A DNA stretch of 32,000 bases, from the NCBI RefSeq assembly GCF_001412615.1, contig NZ_CP013011.1, positions 1,320,001 to 1,352,000 of the forward strand, read 5' to 3'. How positions within the stretch are numbered: position 1 is the stretch's first letter; every line of letters begins with the position of its first letter. Source of the stretch: Pyrodictium delaneyi (GTDB taxonomy: Archaea > Thermoproteota > Thermoprotei_A > Sulfolobales > Pyrodictiaceae). This document shows, in pieces, positions 1 to 7,889 of this stretch. Under the pieces are notes generated by a model. It was given only the letters and a program-made list of their open reading frames with translations. It was not told the origin of the DNA and did no database searches. The position numbers and the translations under genes were made by a program.

Positions 1-644
1 GTTACAAGGGGGAGCGATGGCTGCTTCTTTGCACGGAAAGGTCTCGGCCTCCTAACAGGCCATCTATGTACAAGCTTTACCTCAAAACGTTTACCATTGT
101 TCTCGACTACAGCTACTACGTCGTCTACCCTATAGTCACCCTCTACTGCAAGCTCCCGTAGTCTACCACGTACACCCGGTGGAATCATCACGTAGTGCCG
201 TACAAGACTAGTCTCCTCTACTATACCCAGGATATCTCCTGCCCCGACACGGTCTCCTAGAGCTACATGCCTTGACGGGGTGAAGTGCCACCTCCGGTTC
301 CTAGGAAGAGGCTCGACCCTTAATCCGCGCTTAATCCAGGGCCCCGAGAGCTGAGCGAGAAGCGGGAGAGGCCTCTGAACGCCATCAAATATCGTCGATA
401 ATAGGCCTGGGCCTAGCTCTACACTGAACAATGCGCCAGTAAAGTAGGCGGGGTCGCCTGGTCTGAGCCCACTAGTATCCTCGTAGACCTGAACGACGGC
501 CTCGCCGCCCTCGAGGGCGACTACCTCGCCTAGAAGCCTCTCCTCGCCAACCTCCGCTACCTCGTAGAGCCGGGCAGTTCTAGCACCCTCAACCCGTACC
601 ACGGGGCCGCTAATCCACGTGATGACTCCCTTCACGGTTCTCAT
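1..644 (-). CDS. atpA: A-type (A1A0) ATP synthase catalytic subunit A, N-terminal fragment (continues beyond window start)
   Basis: Absent from the ORF track because it runs off the window. Reverse complement from the ATG at 644 reads MRTVKGVITWISGPVVRVEGARTARLYEVAEVGEERLLGEVVALEGGEAVVQVYEDTSGLRPGDPAYFTGALFSVELGPGLLSTIFDGVQRPL..., typical of the N-terminal barrel of A/V-ATPase subunit A. ATGA overlap (641-644) with the stop of the upstream E-subunit ORF. Confidence 0.85.
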   Translation of the reverse strand, partial: MRTVKGVITWISGPVVRVEGARTARLYEVAEVGEERLLGEVVALEGGEAVVQVYEDTSGLRPGDPAYFTGALFSVELGPGLLSTIFDGVQRPLPLLAQLSGPWIKRGLRVEPLPRNRRWHFTPSRHVALGDRVGAGDILGIVEETSLVRHYVMIPPGVRGRLRELAVEGDYRVDDVVAVVENNGKRFEVKLVHRWPVRRPRPFRAKKQPSLPLV

Positions 645-1228
645 CCGAAGAGGATACGATAGACCCGGGCACGTAGACGTGGAAGCGCCAGTCTTAGACG
701 AGACTCAAACCTACAGTCATAGACCACCTTGCCGTCGACACTCCGCGCTACAAGCCCGAAGACCGTGTCAATGGGATCGCCTATACGTATCTCTACGCCT
801 AGCCTGGAGGAGACGCGCCTAGCTATAGTAGCCAGTAGCTCGCTATCCTCGCTACGGGTAGAGACTACGACTACAGGCTCGCCTATAGCACTAACAGCCT
901 CTTCTAGGAGGCGTTCAAGCGCTCTAGTGTAGGCCTCTGTACCGCGGAGGCTCTCTATGAGTTGCTGTGCCAGCCTAAGGGCTTTTTGGAAAACCTCTTC
1001 CCGGGCTCGGAGCTCCTCTGTACGTAGGAGCCTAGAGTACTTGGTATTGAGCGCGCCCTTTTCCTCCTCAACACGCTGAAGGATCGCCTCTCTTAGCCTC
1101 TCTACCTCGTGGAGCGCACGGCTGCGATAACTATCGATTATGCCATAGTACCGCTCACGTAAACCAGTGAGGTCTATACTGTCAGCTATGAGTCTGTCTA
1201 GGAGCTTGTCGAGATTATGGATTGTCAT
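641..1228 (-). CDS. atpE: A-type ATP synthase subunit E
   Basis: 195 aa. Charged coiled-coil N-terminal half. C-terminal ...GLVARSVDGKVVYDCRFESRLRLALPRLRARVYRILFG resembles the subunit E globular end. Sits between the F and A subunits with 4-nt overlaps on both sides. Confidence 0.8.
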   Translation of the reverse strand: MTIHNLDKLLDRLIADSIDLTGLRERYYGIIDSYRSRALHEVERLREAILQRVEEEKGALNTKYSRLLRTEELRAREEVFQKALRLAQQLIESLRGTEAYTRALERLLEEAVSAIGEPVVVVSTRSEDSELLATIARRVSSRLGVEIRIGDPIDTVFGLVARSVDGKVVYDCRFESRLRLALPRLRARVYRILFG

Positions 1229-1566
1229 GGGGATTCAGCCCCGCTGCCGGCTACGACTCTCCTAAACAACTCAAGGTAGTCTATGCCGGTCTTCCATGGG
1301 TTCCGTATACTCGGTATCTCGACGAGTAGTGGCTTCCTAAGCCGGGCCTTGAGCTCGAAGTACTTGTCGATATTCTCCTCGACTAGGTCGTAAGTGACGA
1401 CTATTAGGCCTACGTCCTCCCGGCCTACGTATTTGCCCAGAACGTCTAGCAGCTCGCTAGCTGAGGCTACGTGGCCGACGTAGCCGATGAGACGGAATAG
1501 GTTCACCGTCTCCTCGTCGCCAATGACTACTACCCGGTAGCCTCTACCATTACTAGTCCTATCCAT
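1225..1566 (-). CDS. atpF: A-type ATP synthase subunit F
   Basis: 113 aa. The stretch VVVIGDEETVNLFRLIGY is the typical subunit F signature. Overlaps atpE by 4 nt. Confidence 0.8.
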   Translation of the reverse strand: MDRTSNGRGYRVVVIGDEETVNLFRLIGYVGHVASASELLDVLGKYVGREDVGLIVVTYDLVEENIDKYFELKARLRKPLLVEIPSIRNPWKTGIDYLELFRRVVAGSGAESP

Positions 1567-1684
1567 AGCCCGGGAACACGCCCCACAGAAGGATAGAGGT
1601 CTTCTAACCGTTTAATAACTCCTATTAGGAGAGCGAGAAGCAATTCTAATGAATCCCAAACAACGCGTATAATGCTGGGAAGCC
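1567..1684. promoter_or_regulatory. Divergent intergenic/promoter region between atpF-E-A and atpI
   Basis: 118-bp gap between divergent genes. It is relatively AT-rich, with TATA-like TTTAATA (about 1611-1617) and TATAAT (about 1668-1673). Assigning either box to a gene is guesswork. Confidence 0.3.
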
Positions 1685-3640
1685 GTGGCCAGTGTAGTCC
1701 GCGTAATACTAGAAACCGATGTGAACCATGTGTACCGGTTGCTCGAGCTACTCGCGTCCTTAGAGGCGTTTGTGCCCCAACCACTCTCCCGCTACACCGA
1801 GCTACCAGAGCACATACGCAGGCTACGTGACCAAGTAGTAGAGCTTGCCGCGGGGCTACGCGAGCTGATTGAGCGATATTCTAGCCTCCTCGGGGAGAGC
1901 GAGGAGAAGCTAGTAGTAAGGGGTGAAACGCTCAAAAACGTCATCGAGGAGGCGCTGGCCGGTGCTAGAAAGCTCCTTGAAGAGATCCAGGAGCTCGAAG
2001 GCCACATAGAGAGCCTAGAAGCTGAAAAGAAGCGCCTCGAAGCACTTACCGGGCTAGCCGCGCGCCACGGCGGAGTAAGCGTGGCACGCGCCCTCCGGAG
2101 GCTAGAGAGCCTAGAGAACCTCCGGGCAAAGCTGTTCATAGTCGACGTGCGGCTCGAGTACGAGGTACGAAGGGTACTAGCAGCTACTAGCCTCGCCTAT
2201 GGGGTCTACCCCGCGTCTCCCGGCGAGAAGCTCCTCCTAGTAGTCTATAGGCCCAGTGATAGGGAGCTAGTAGAGCGCCTCGAAGCAACTATGGGTCTTC
2301 GCGAGCTAGTCCCCCCTAGAGAGCTTGTCGAGGCCCCAGAGGAAGCCATAATGCTAGCTGATATCCGGCTCCAGGAGGTCGAGGAAGCCCTAAGGGAGGC
2401 TCGCCGGGAGCTAGAGAAGCTCGTATCGAGCAAGGCCGGCCTCATACTCGGGCTCTACGAGCTACTCTCTAGGATTGCGGAGCTGTTCTCAGTGCTCGAG
2501 ACCGGGCTAGTAGTAGGCGATAGAGTCATCGTGAAGGGGTATATTGTCTCTACAGCTCTCCGGGCTCTAGAGGCGGCGGGGAAGGAGGGCTGGCTACGCG
2601 TAGAAGTCACAGAGCCCGGGGATGACGCGCCGAGACCGCCTACCCGTAACCCGTTGATAAGAGCGTTTGCCGAGCATATACGTGACCTCTACGGTCCCCC
2701 GGGGCTCCGGGAGGTAGACCCTGCCCCGGTCATCGCCGCCACTTTTCCGCTGTTCTTCGGCCTAATGTTCGGCGATATAGGTCATGGAGCTGTTCTTGCG
2801 CTTCTGGGGCTTGGGCTCTACAGGCTCCGGGAGGACTACAGAGGCTACGGCATCATCATAGCCCTCTGCGGGCTCTGGTCAATGGTGTTCGGCGTGCTAA
2901 GCGGCGAGGTCTTTGGCTTCCACATGGCCCTCTTCCCGGGCTACGAGCCTCCCCTAAGCCTCTTCGCTGGCGACCGGTTGTCGGCCGAGAAGCTCCGTCT
3001 AGCTCTAGCAGTCTCGCTCCTCGCAGGGGTAGTCCACATAGCCCTAGCGCTTGTGCTCGGGATCTATACGCGTCTCCGTAGAGGCGACTATGCTGGCGCA
3101 GCAGCCGGGCTAGCACCAGTACTCCTACTCTATACGGGTGGGGTACTCTACGTCGCCTCTAGGCTAGCAGGGCTCCCAGCGTGGCTGGGCGAGGCGGGCA
3201 TGATACTGCTTACAGCGTCCCCTATACTCCTCCTAACAGCCTCCCTCACGGCCTCTAGGCTCTCGGGCGTAAAGCCTCTACACGTGCTAGGCGAGGCTCT
3301 ACTCGAGTACGCGCTATCCGTGGTAGAGCTCGCCTCTAACACGCTATCCTACATGCGTCTCGCAATACTCTACCTCATACACGCTGTCCTCACTTCGATG
3401 CTCGCCAGGGCCTGGCACGCTATAGGCCTCCTATCCCTGCCGCTCCTCGTGCTAGGCAACGCCGGGATAATAGCTCTCGAGAGCCTTATGGCGTTTATAC
3501 AGGCGTCGCGTCTCCACTTCTACGAGTTCATGACCAAGTTCTACGAGGGGTCTGGGAGGCCCTACCGGCCTGTAAAGCTGAGCGGGAGGCATGTACGGGT
3601 AGAGCTACGCGCCGTAGCAGGGAGGCCCGGCAAGCGATGA
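1685..3640 (+). CDS. atpI: A-type ATP synthase subunit I (membrane a-type subunit)
   Basis: 651 aa with a GTG start. Long coiled-coil cytoplasmic N-terminal half, then a multi-helix membrane half containing NTLSYMRLAILYLIH (conserved essential Arg region of V/A-ATPase subunit a/I). Confidence 0.85.
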   Translation: MASVVRVILETDVNHVYRLLELLASLEAFVPQPLSRYTELPEHIRRLRDQVVELAAGLRELIERYSSLLGESEEKLVVRGETLKNVIEEALAGARKLLEEIQELEGHIESLEAEKKRLEALTGLAARHGGVSVARALRRLESLENLRAKLFIVDVRLEYEVRRVLAATSLAYGVYPASPGEKLLLVVYRPSDRELVERLEATMGLRELVPPRELVEAPEEAIMLADIRLQEVEEALREARRELEKLVSSKAGLILGLYELLSRIAELFSVLETGLVVGDRVIVKGYIVSTALRALEAAGKEGWLRVEVTEPGDDAPRPPTRNPLIRAFAEHIRDLYGPPGLREVDPAPVIAATFPLFFGLMFGDIGHGAVLALLGLGLYRLREDYRGYGIIIALCGLWSMVFGVLSGEVFGFHMALFPGYEPPLSLFAGDRLSAEKLRLALAVSLLAGVVHIALALVLGIYTRLRRGDYAGAAAGLAPVLLLYTGGVLYVASRLAGLPAWLGEAGMILLTASPILLLTASLTASRLSGVKPLHVLGEALLEYALSVVELASNTLSYMRLAILYLIHAVLTSMLARAWHAIGLLSLPLLVLGNAGIIALESLMAFIQASRLHFYEFMTKFYEGSGRPYRPVKLSGRHVRVELRAVAGRPGKR

Positions 3641-4215
3641 CCCCCAGAGAGGCCGCGGAGTGCCTCTCCCGCGCAGCTCTACAAACCGGCGGCAGCGGCT
3701 ACGCTGCGGCGGTAAACCTGGTACTAGTCTACCGGCCCTGGCCCGGCCTAGTCGTGGTAGAGAGGCCGGCCCGGCTACACGACCCCTGGGGCGGCGACAC
3801 AGTACTCCCCGGCGGCAGGCTAAAGCCCGGCGAGGACCCCGTCACGGCCGCGCTAAGGGAGACAACAGAGGAGGCCTGCATACCACTGGACTGCCTAGAG
3901 CCAGTAGGCGTCATAGGCGCCGTAGAGCCCCGTAACGCCCCCTGGCTCCGCGTAGCAGTCGTCGCTTCTCTGCTCCGCAGCAGCCACTGCCTAGAACGGC
4001 TCCACGACTGTCGTGGCCCCGAGACAGCCTGGGCCGGGATACTTGGGCTCCCATGCAGGCTAGAAACAACGCCGCAGATGCATCCTCGCCGAGGAGTCGT
4101 CGTGGAGGGCTACCGGGACTGGTACGGCACCCTAGTATGGGGCATGACCCTACGAGCGATCAGGCTACTCCACACAAGGCTAGAACAATGCGGTCTCTGC
4201 AGCACACGGGAGTAG
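3637..4215 (+). CDS. Nudix-family hydrolase
   Basis: 192 aa. GGRLKPGEDPVTAALRETTEEACI matches the Nudix box GX5EX7REUXEEXGU, with Cys in place of the last Gly. ATGA overlap with the atpI stop suggests translational coupling. Confidence 0.75.
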   Translation: MTPREAAECLSRAALQTGGSGYAAAVNLVLVYRPWPGLVVVERPARLHDPWGGDTVLPGGRLKPGEDPVTAALRETTEEACIPLDCLEPVGVIGAVEPRNAPWLRVAVVASLLRSSHCLERLHDCRGPETAWAGILGLPCRLETTPQMHPRRGVVVEGYRDWYGTLVWGMTLRAIRLLHTRLEQCGLCSTRE

Positions 4216-4328
4216 AGGCAGATGCAGACGCAACTGCACAGCCTCTACCCCCCATAGTTGAAGCTGTCCACAATAATGATTTACCCAGCCACCCGGGAAG
4301 CCCAGCCCCCGGGAGACAGAAAGGCCAC

Positions 4329-4715
4329 CTAACTGCTAGGCTTAGACGAGGTGTCGCCGCTCCCAAGTCTGCCGAGGAGCTCCTCTAAGGCACGGGGGAG
4401 GTCTCGGAGGCTCTTGGGCACCTCTAGCACCCGCTCGACCCTCATGACTAGGGCGTAGCGGCGCAGCTCCTCCAGCCCCTTCTCGTCGAGCACGGCAGCC
4501 GTGCACGCGGGGTAGGGCATCTGCTCCATGGTGCCGAGCAGCACCAGGTACCGGCCATTAGCCAGCGGCAGCGCTGGTACAACTACTGGCTGGAGACGAT
4601 GCATAAACTCAGCAGCCCGCAGCGCATCACCCGGATCCACCAGGAGCAGCTCCCGGCAGACAGGCTCACCGCCAGCCCTCTCTCCCTGGACTTCTCCAGC
4701 GTCGTGCCTAGCCAC
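4329..4715 (-). CDS. Hypothetical protein
   Basis: 128-aa ORF convergent with the Nudix gene. No recognisable motif. Kept only because it fills an otherwise empty interval and reads like a globular protein. Confidence 0.35.
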   Translation of the reverse strand: MARHDAGEVQGERAGGEPVCRELLLVDPGDALRAAEFMHRLQPVVVPALPLANGRYLVLLGTMEQMPYPACTAAVLDEKGLEELRRYALVMRVERVLEVPKSLRDLPRALEELLGRLGSGDTSSKPSS

Positions 4716-4887
4716 TAAGCGTCACCGTGACGAACGACCCCGGGGCTAGAAGGGGGTTATACAGACTCGCTTATCACGTGGCCGCAACGCCTACAGAGAT
4801 AGCCCGGCCCCGGCGGGGGGGGGCACCGGCGCTCTAGCGTCGTGGAATAGTAGCCGAAATATCCGGGGCAGTGCTGTGTAGCACACG

Positions 4888-5967
4888 GTGGCGCTGCGAA
4901 TGCCCCCAGCTATGGGCATACCTGGTGCTAGAGCCCTCAAGCTCGCAGCCGTGCTCGTAGTAGCTGTTCTAGTAGCTGTGGCCCTGACTTCGCAGTACGA
5001 GCTCGACATAGGCGAGGCAGGCGTTATCGTAGACAAGGTTCTGGGTAGGAAGGAGGTAGTATTCGGCCCTACATGGGGCATTAAAGCGCCCTGGGCAGAG
5101 CTAAAGCTCGTACCAATATACGTGCAGACAGTCCACCTAGAAGGCGATAGCGCCATAGTAGCCGTCACTAAGGATGGCGCCCGCGTGCCCGTAGAGATCC
5201 AGGTACGGTACAAGGTGCGGAAAGAACCCGGAGCAGTGCTATGGCTGGTAGAAGAGTACCAGTACGACATACACAACCGTATACGCCGCGACGTCATAGA
5301 GAGAGCAGCTAGCGAGGCCGTGAGAGCAGTAGTGGGCAAATACATGCTAGTAGATATCGTGCCGAGGATCCAGGAGATAAGCGAAGAGATAGCAGTCTAC
5401 CTCAAGAACCTACTACTAGAAGACCCCAGCGTAAAGAACGCCATAGAGGTAATCGACGTAGTAGTAAAGAAGATCGACATACCGCCCGAGCTCTCCCAGG
5501 CAATACTCCGGAAGCTCACAGCCCAGCAGGAAGCCGAGGCAGCAAAATACGAGGCACAGCGCGAGATAATCCGGGCCCAAATGGAGGCCGAGAAGAAGGT
5601 AATAGCCGCGAACGCTACAGCCCAGCAGCAGATAATCCAGGCTAAAGCCGAGGCCGAGAAGAGGATAATCGAGGCAAACGCCACAGCCACCAAGCTAGTC
5701 CTCGAGGCCAAGGGCCGGGCAGAAGCCATAGCCCGGCAGTACACCGGCGAGGCTATGGCCATCGCTGAGATAGCAAAGACACTCAACGTCACGGTGGATA
5801 AGGCCGCAGAGATATACTACTACATAAAGATGGTCGAGCTCTACCGCGAAGTACTCCCATCAGCACTCCAGAACGCCAAGATAACAGTCGTAACAGTACC
5901 AGGAAACGCCACACTACCCCTAGGCATACCGATCATAGGCATACTACCCCTAGACGAGAAGAGCTAG
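4888..5967 (+). CDS. SPFH/band-7 (prohibitin/flotillin-like) membrane-anchored protein
   Basis: 359 aa. N-terminal hydrophobic anchor (LKLAAVLVVAVLVAVAL). SPFH-like core (GEAGVIVDKVLGRKEVVFGPTWGIKAPW...VTKDGARVPVEIQVRYKV). Then an Ala/Glu-rich coiled coil with a 22-codon tandem duplication (5581-5646 / 5647-5712). Start uncertain: GTG 4888, ATG 4900 or ATG 4912. Confidence 0.8.
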   Translation: MALRMPPAMGIPGARALKLAAVLVVAVLVAVALTSQYELDIGEAGVIVDKVLGRKEVVFGPTWGIKAPWAELKLVPIYVQTVHLEGDSAIVAVTKDGARVPVEIQVRYKVRKEPGAVLWLVEEYQYDIHNRIRRDVIERAASEAVRAVVGKYMLVDIVPRIQEISEEIAVYLKNLLLEDPSVKNAIEVIDVVVKKIDIPPELSQAILRKLTAQQEAEAAKYEAQREIIRAQMEAEKKVIAANATAQQQIIQAKAEAEKRIIEANATATKLVLEAKGRAEAIARQYTGEAMAIAEIAKTLNVTVDKAAEIYYYIKMVELYREVLPSALQNAKITVVTVPGNATLPLGIPIIGILPLDEKS

Positions 5968-5985
5968 ACAGAGGGTAGCACAGCA

Positions 5986-6162
5986 GTGCTACGGCGGTAC
6001 CTCAAACAAGCACTCATAACGCTCATAGCGTTCGACACGCTGCTCGCAGCAGCACTACTCCTAAAACTAGCACGTACACCCACACTGCTAAAAATGACTG
6101 TAACAGCGACGCTAGTACTCCTAGCAGCATACATCACATCTCTGGCGATTGAGAGGGACTAG
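5986..6162 (+). CDS. Possible small two-helix membrane protein downstream of the SPFH gene
   Basis: 58 codons from GTG 5986 to TAG 6160-6162, below the track cutoff. Reads VLRRYLKQALITLIAFDTLLAAALLLLKLARTPTLLKMTVTATLVLLAAYITSLAIERD, i.e. two hydrophobic segments, 18 nt after the SPFH stop. No homology evidence. Confidence 0.3.
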   Translation: MLRRYLKQALITLIAFDTLLAAALLLKLARTPTLLKMTVTATLVLLAAYITSLAIERD

Positions 6163-6313
6163 CCTACCATCGACATCAAGCCCAGGAGAGGTCCCCCATA
6201 ACGCTAAGGCCTCGGCAAGAGCTCAAAAGGAGAAACCTGCCGAGGGGCAGCAATTTATGCTATCCCGGTGCTTCGTTAACTCGCTGCTTTGCTGCACGCA
6301 GCCCCAACGCATG

Positions 6314-7846
6314 CTAGGCGGCCTCCTCCACTCCCTGTACCAATGATGCGATCCTATCTGCCAGTTCGTCATGAATTTGATCTAGCCGCCTAACCTTTCT
6401 CCTGCCTCTCGGAGCAAGTGCATCCCGGCAGAAGCGGACGAGAAGTGTCTCCCCATTTTCCCTCTTGGCCTCTATCAGGTTCCTCTCAAAGCCAGCGTGA
6501 GCTATATAGTTCCTAGTATTGGTGTCAGCGCGTCTACCCTTCTCGCCTAGCCACGTCCACTCGGGGCCTGCCCGTCTCAATGGAGTAGAAGGGCTAGTGA
6601 GTTCGCTTTTTACAAGCTCCTGCTGAGCTGGTGGCAAGTATTTCTCTGCAAGACCACGTATAGTGTCCACAGGTACCTCTAAGGCGCCATAATCGCTGAT
6701 CCGTATATTGCCGCGGTACTCGAGGTATGCTCTGCATGCATAGTCTAGGAGTGCAGCAGAAGCGAGAATAGCTTTGACGTCATCGTAATCAAACCCCACA
6801 AGTCTTAGTACACGCACCCAGCTGACACCAGTACGGATAATTACAGAGGACTCTAGGCTCCTCGACACTATGTCCACGAGTTTGTGAGTCACGTATGCTA
6901 GCCATGAGCTTCCCGGTGGCTGGGCGTTCTCATACCCGTACTGTAGCAGTGCCAGAGGGAGGCCATAGTGGAGTGTTGCTGAAGCCCTCTTACCCATAGT
7001 GTATACCTGGCGCCATGCCTTCTTAGCCTCTGCAATCCCTAGCTCCTTCGCCACATAGTTTGCAGTGTCGCTGCCGAGCCCTAGCCTCTCTAGAGTAGGC
7101 TTGTCGGTTATGCGTACAGGTGTAGGATCTCTCGCCCTCGCCATGGTGTATACGAGCCTCGTCGCAGCCTTGACGCTAGTGACAGCCTCGCGGTCTACTA
7201 GGTGTATCTCTAGAGTCTGGTCAGGCACGTATGGCTCGCTATTGAATACGTCAACGTTGATCCTTACACCGGCTGAAGCAGAGAGAATCCTCGCTGCAGC
7301 CATTACGGCCCGGAAAGCGGCTAGAGGCATGTAGTTTATACCATGCGTGATGTCCAAAGCTATCTCTACTTTCCCATTCACTTCTCCACGACTGTTGATC
7401 TCCGCTAGTTCTTCAAGCGTATAGGCTATGACGCAAGAAGCATAGTCAGAGACAGGGTTGCCGAGGAAGCTACGCCACTCACACCCAATAGAGGCTTCCT
7501 GCGGCTTAAAATGGCCGTGGGCTGGACAGACTGCGATACGCACAGCTCTGCCAGCAATATCGACGCCACTATTTTCCCGAACGTATTCTACTATGGCTGT
7601 CTTGAGTTCGTCTAATGCCTCTCCGTAGCTGTCTCTCTGAATGCTCTCTAGAAACTTGTTTATCATCTTGTTGCTGCATAGTGCACTCTCGGAGATGACT
7701 ATCAGGATGCGTCTCGGGTTTAGCGCCTTAGCTAGGCACGAGAGACTCGTGGTAGACTCCTCCTCGTAGCCCATAAACACGTACTTAGCTGGTCTCCAGC
7801 TCCACGGTAACCCCCACGGCGCTATAAGAAGGTCAGTTTCACGCAT
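6314..7846 (-). CDS. csx1: Csx1-family CRISPR ancillary protein (CARF domain + HEPN RNase)
   Basis: 510 aa. LDITHGINYMP is the DxTHG signature of Csx1-type CARF proteins. C-terminal TRNYIAHAGFE fits the HEPN R-x4-H motif (RNxxxH). A sampled 60-nt line has ~48% G+C, lower than neighbouring genes. Confidence 0.8.
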   Translation of the reverse strand: MRETDLLIAPWGLPWSWRPAKYVFMGYEEESTTSLSCLAKALNPRRILIVISESALCSNKMINKFLESIQRDSYGEALDELKTAIVEYVRENSGVDIAGRAVRIAVCPAHGHFKPQEASIGCEWRSFLGNPVSDYASCVIAYTLEELAEINSRGEVNGKVEIALDITHGINYMPLAAFRAVMAAARILSASAGVRINVDVFNSEPYVPDQTLEIHLVDREAVTSVKAATRLVYTMARARDPTPVRITDKPTLERLGLGSDTANYVAKELGIAEAKKAWRQVYTMGKRASATLHYGLPLALLQYGYENAQPPGSSWLAYVTHKLVDIVSRSLESSVIIRTGVSWVRVLRLVGFDYDDVKAILASAALLDYACRAYLEYRGNIRISDYGALEVPVDTIRGLAEKYLPPAQQELVKSELTSPSTPLRRAGPEWTWLGEKGRRADTNTRNYIAHAGFERNLIEAKRENGETLLVRFCRDALAPRGRRKVRRLDQIHDELADRIASLVQGVEEAA

Positions 7847-7889
7847 AAACCATACACCACACTGCTAGCTTAGAACCAGCACTAGCATG

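Noticed and set aside
1530-2445. Minus-strand ORFs antisense to atpI (1530-1784, 1792-2139, 2245-2445). Many similar Ser/Arg-rich antisense ORFs lie inside the HerA-like gene, cas10 and cmr genes.
   Set aside because: These are typical high-GC antisense or alternative-frame ORFs. Each is fully contained in a gene with strong motif support.
4815-4823. A G9 homopolymer upstream of the SPFH gene.
   Set aside because: It is intergenic with no adjacent frame to switch, so there is no evidence of phase variation.
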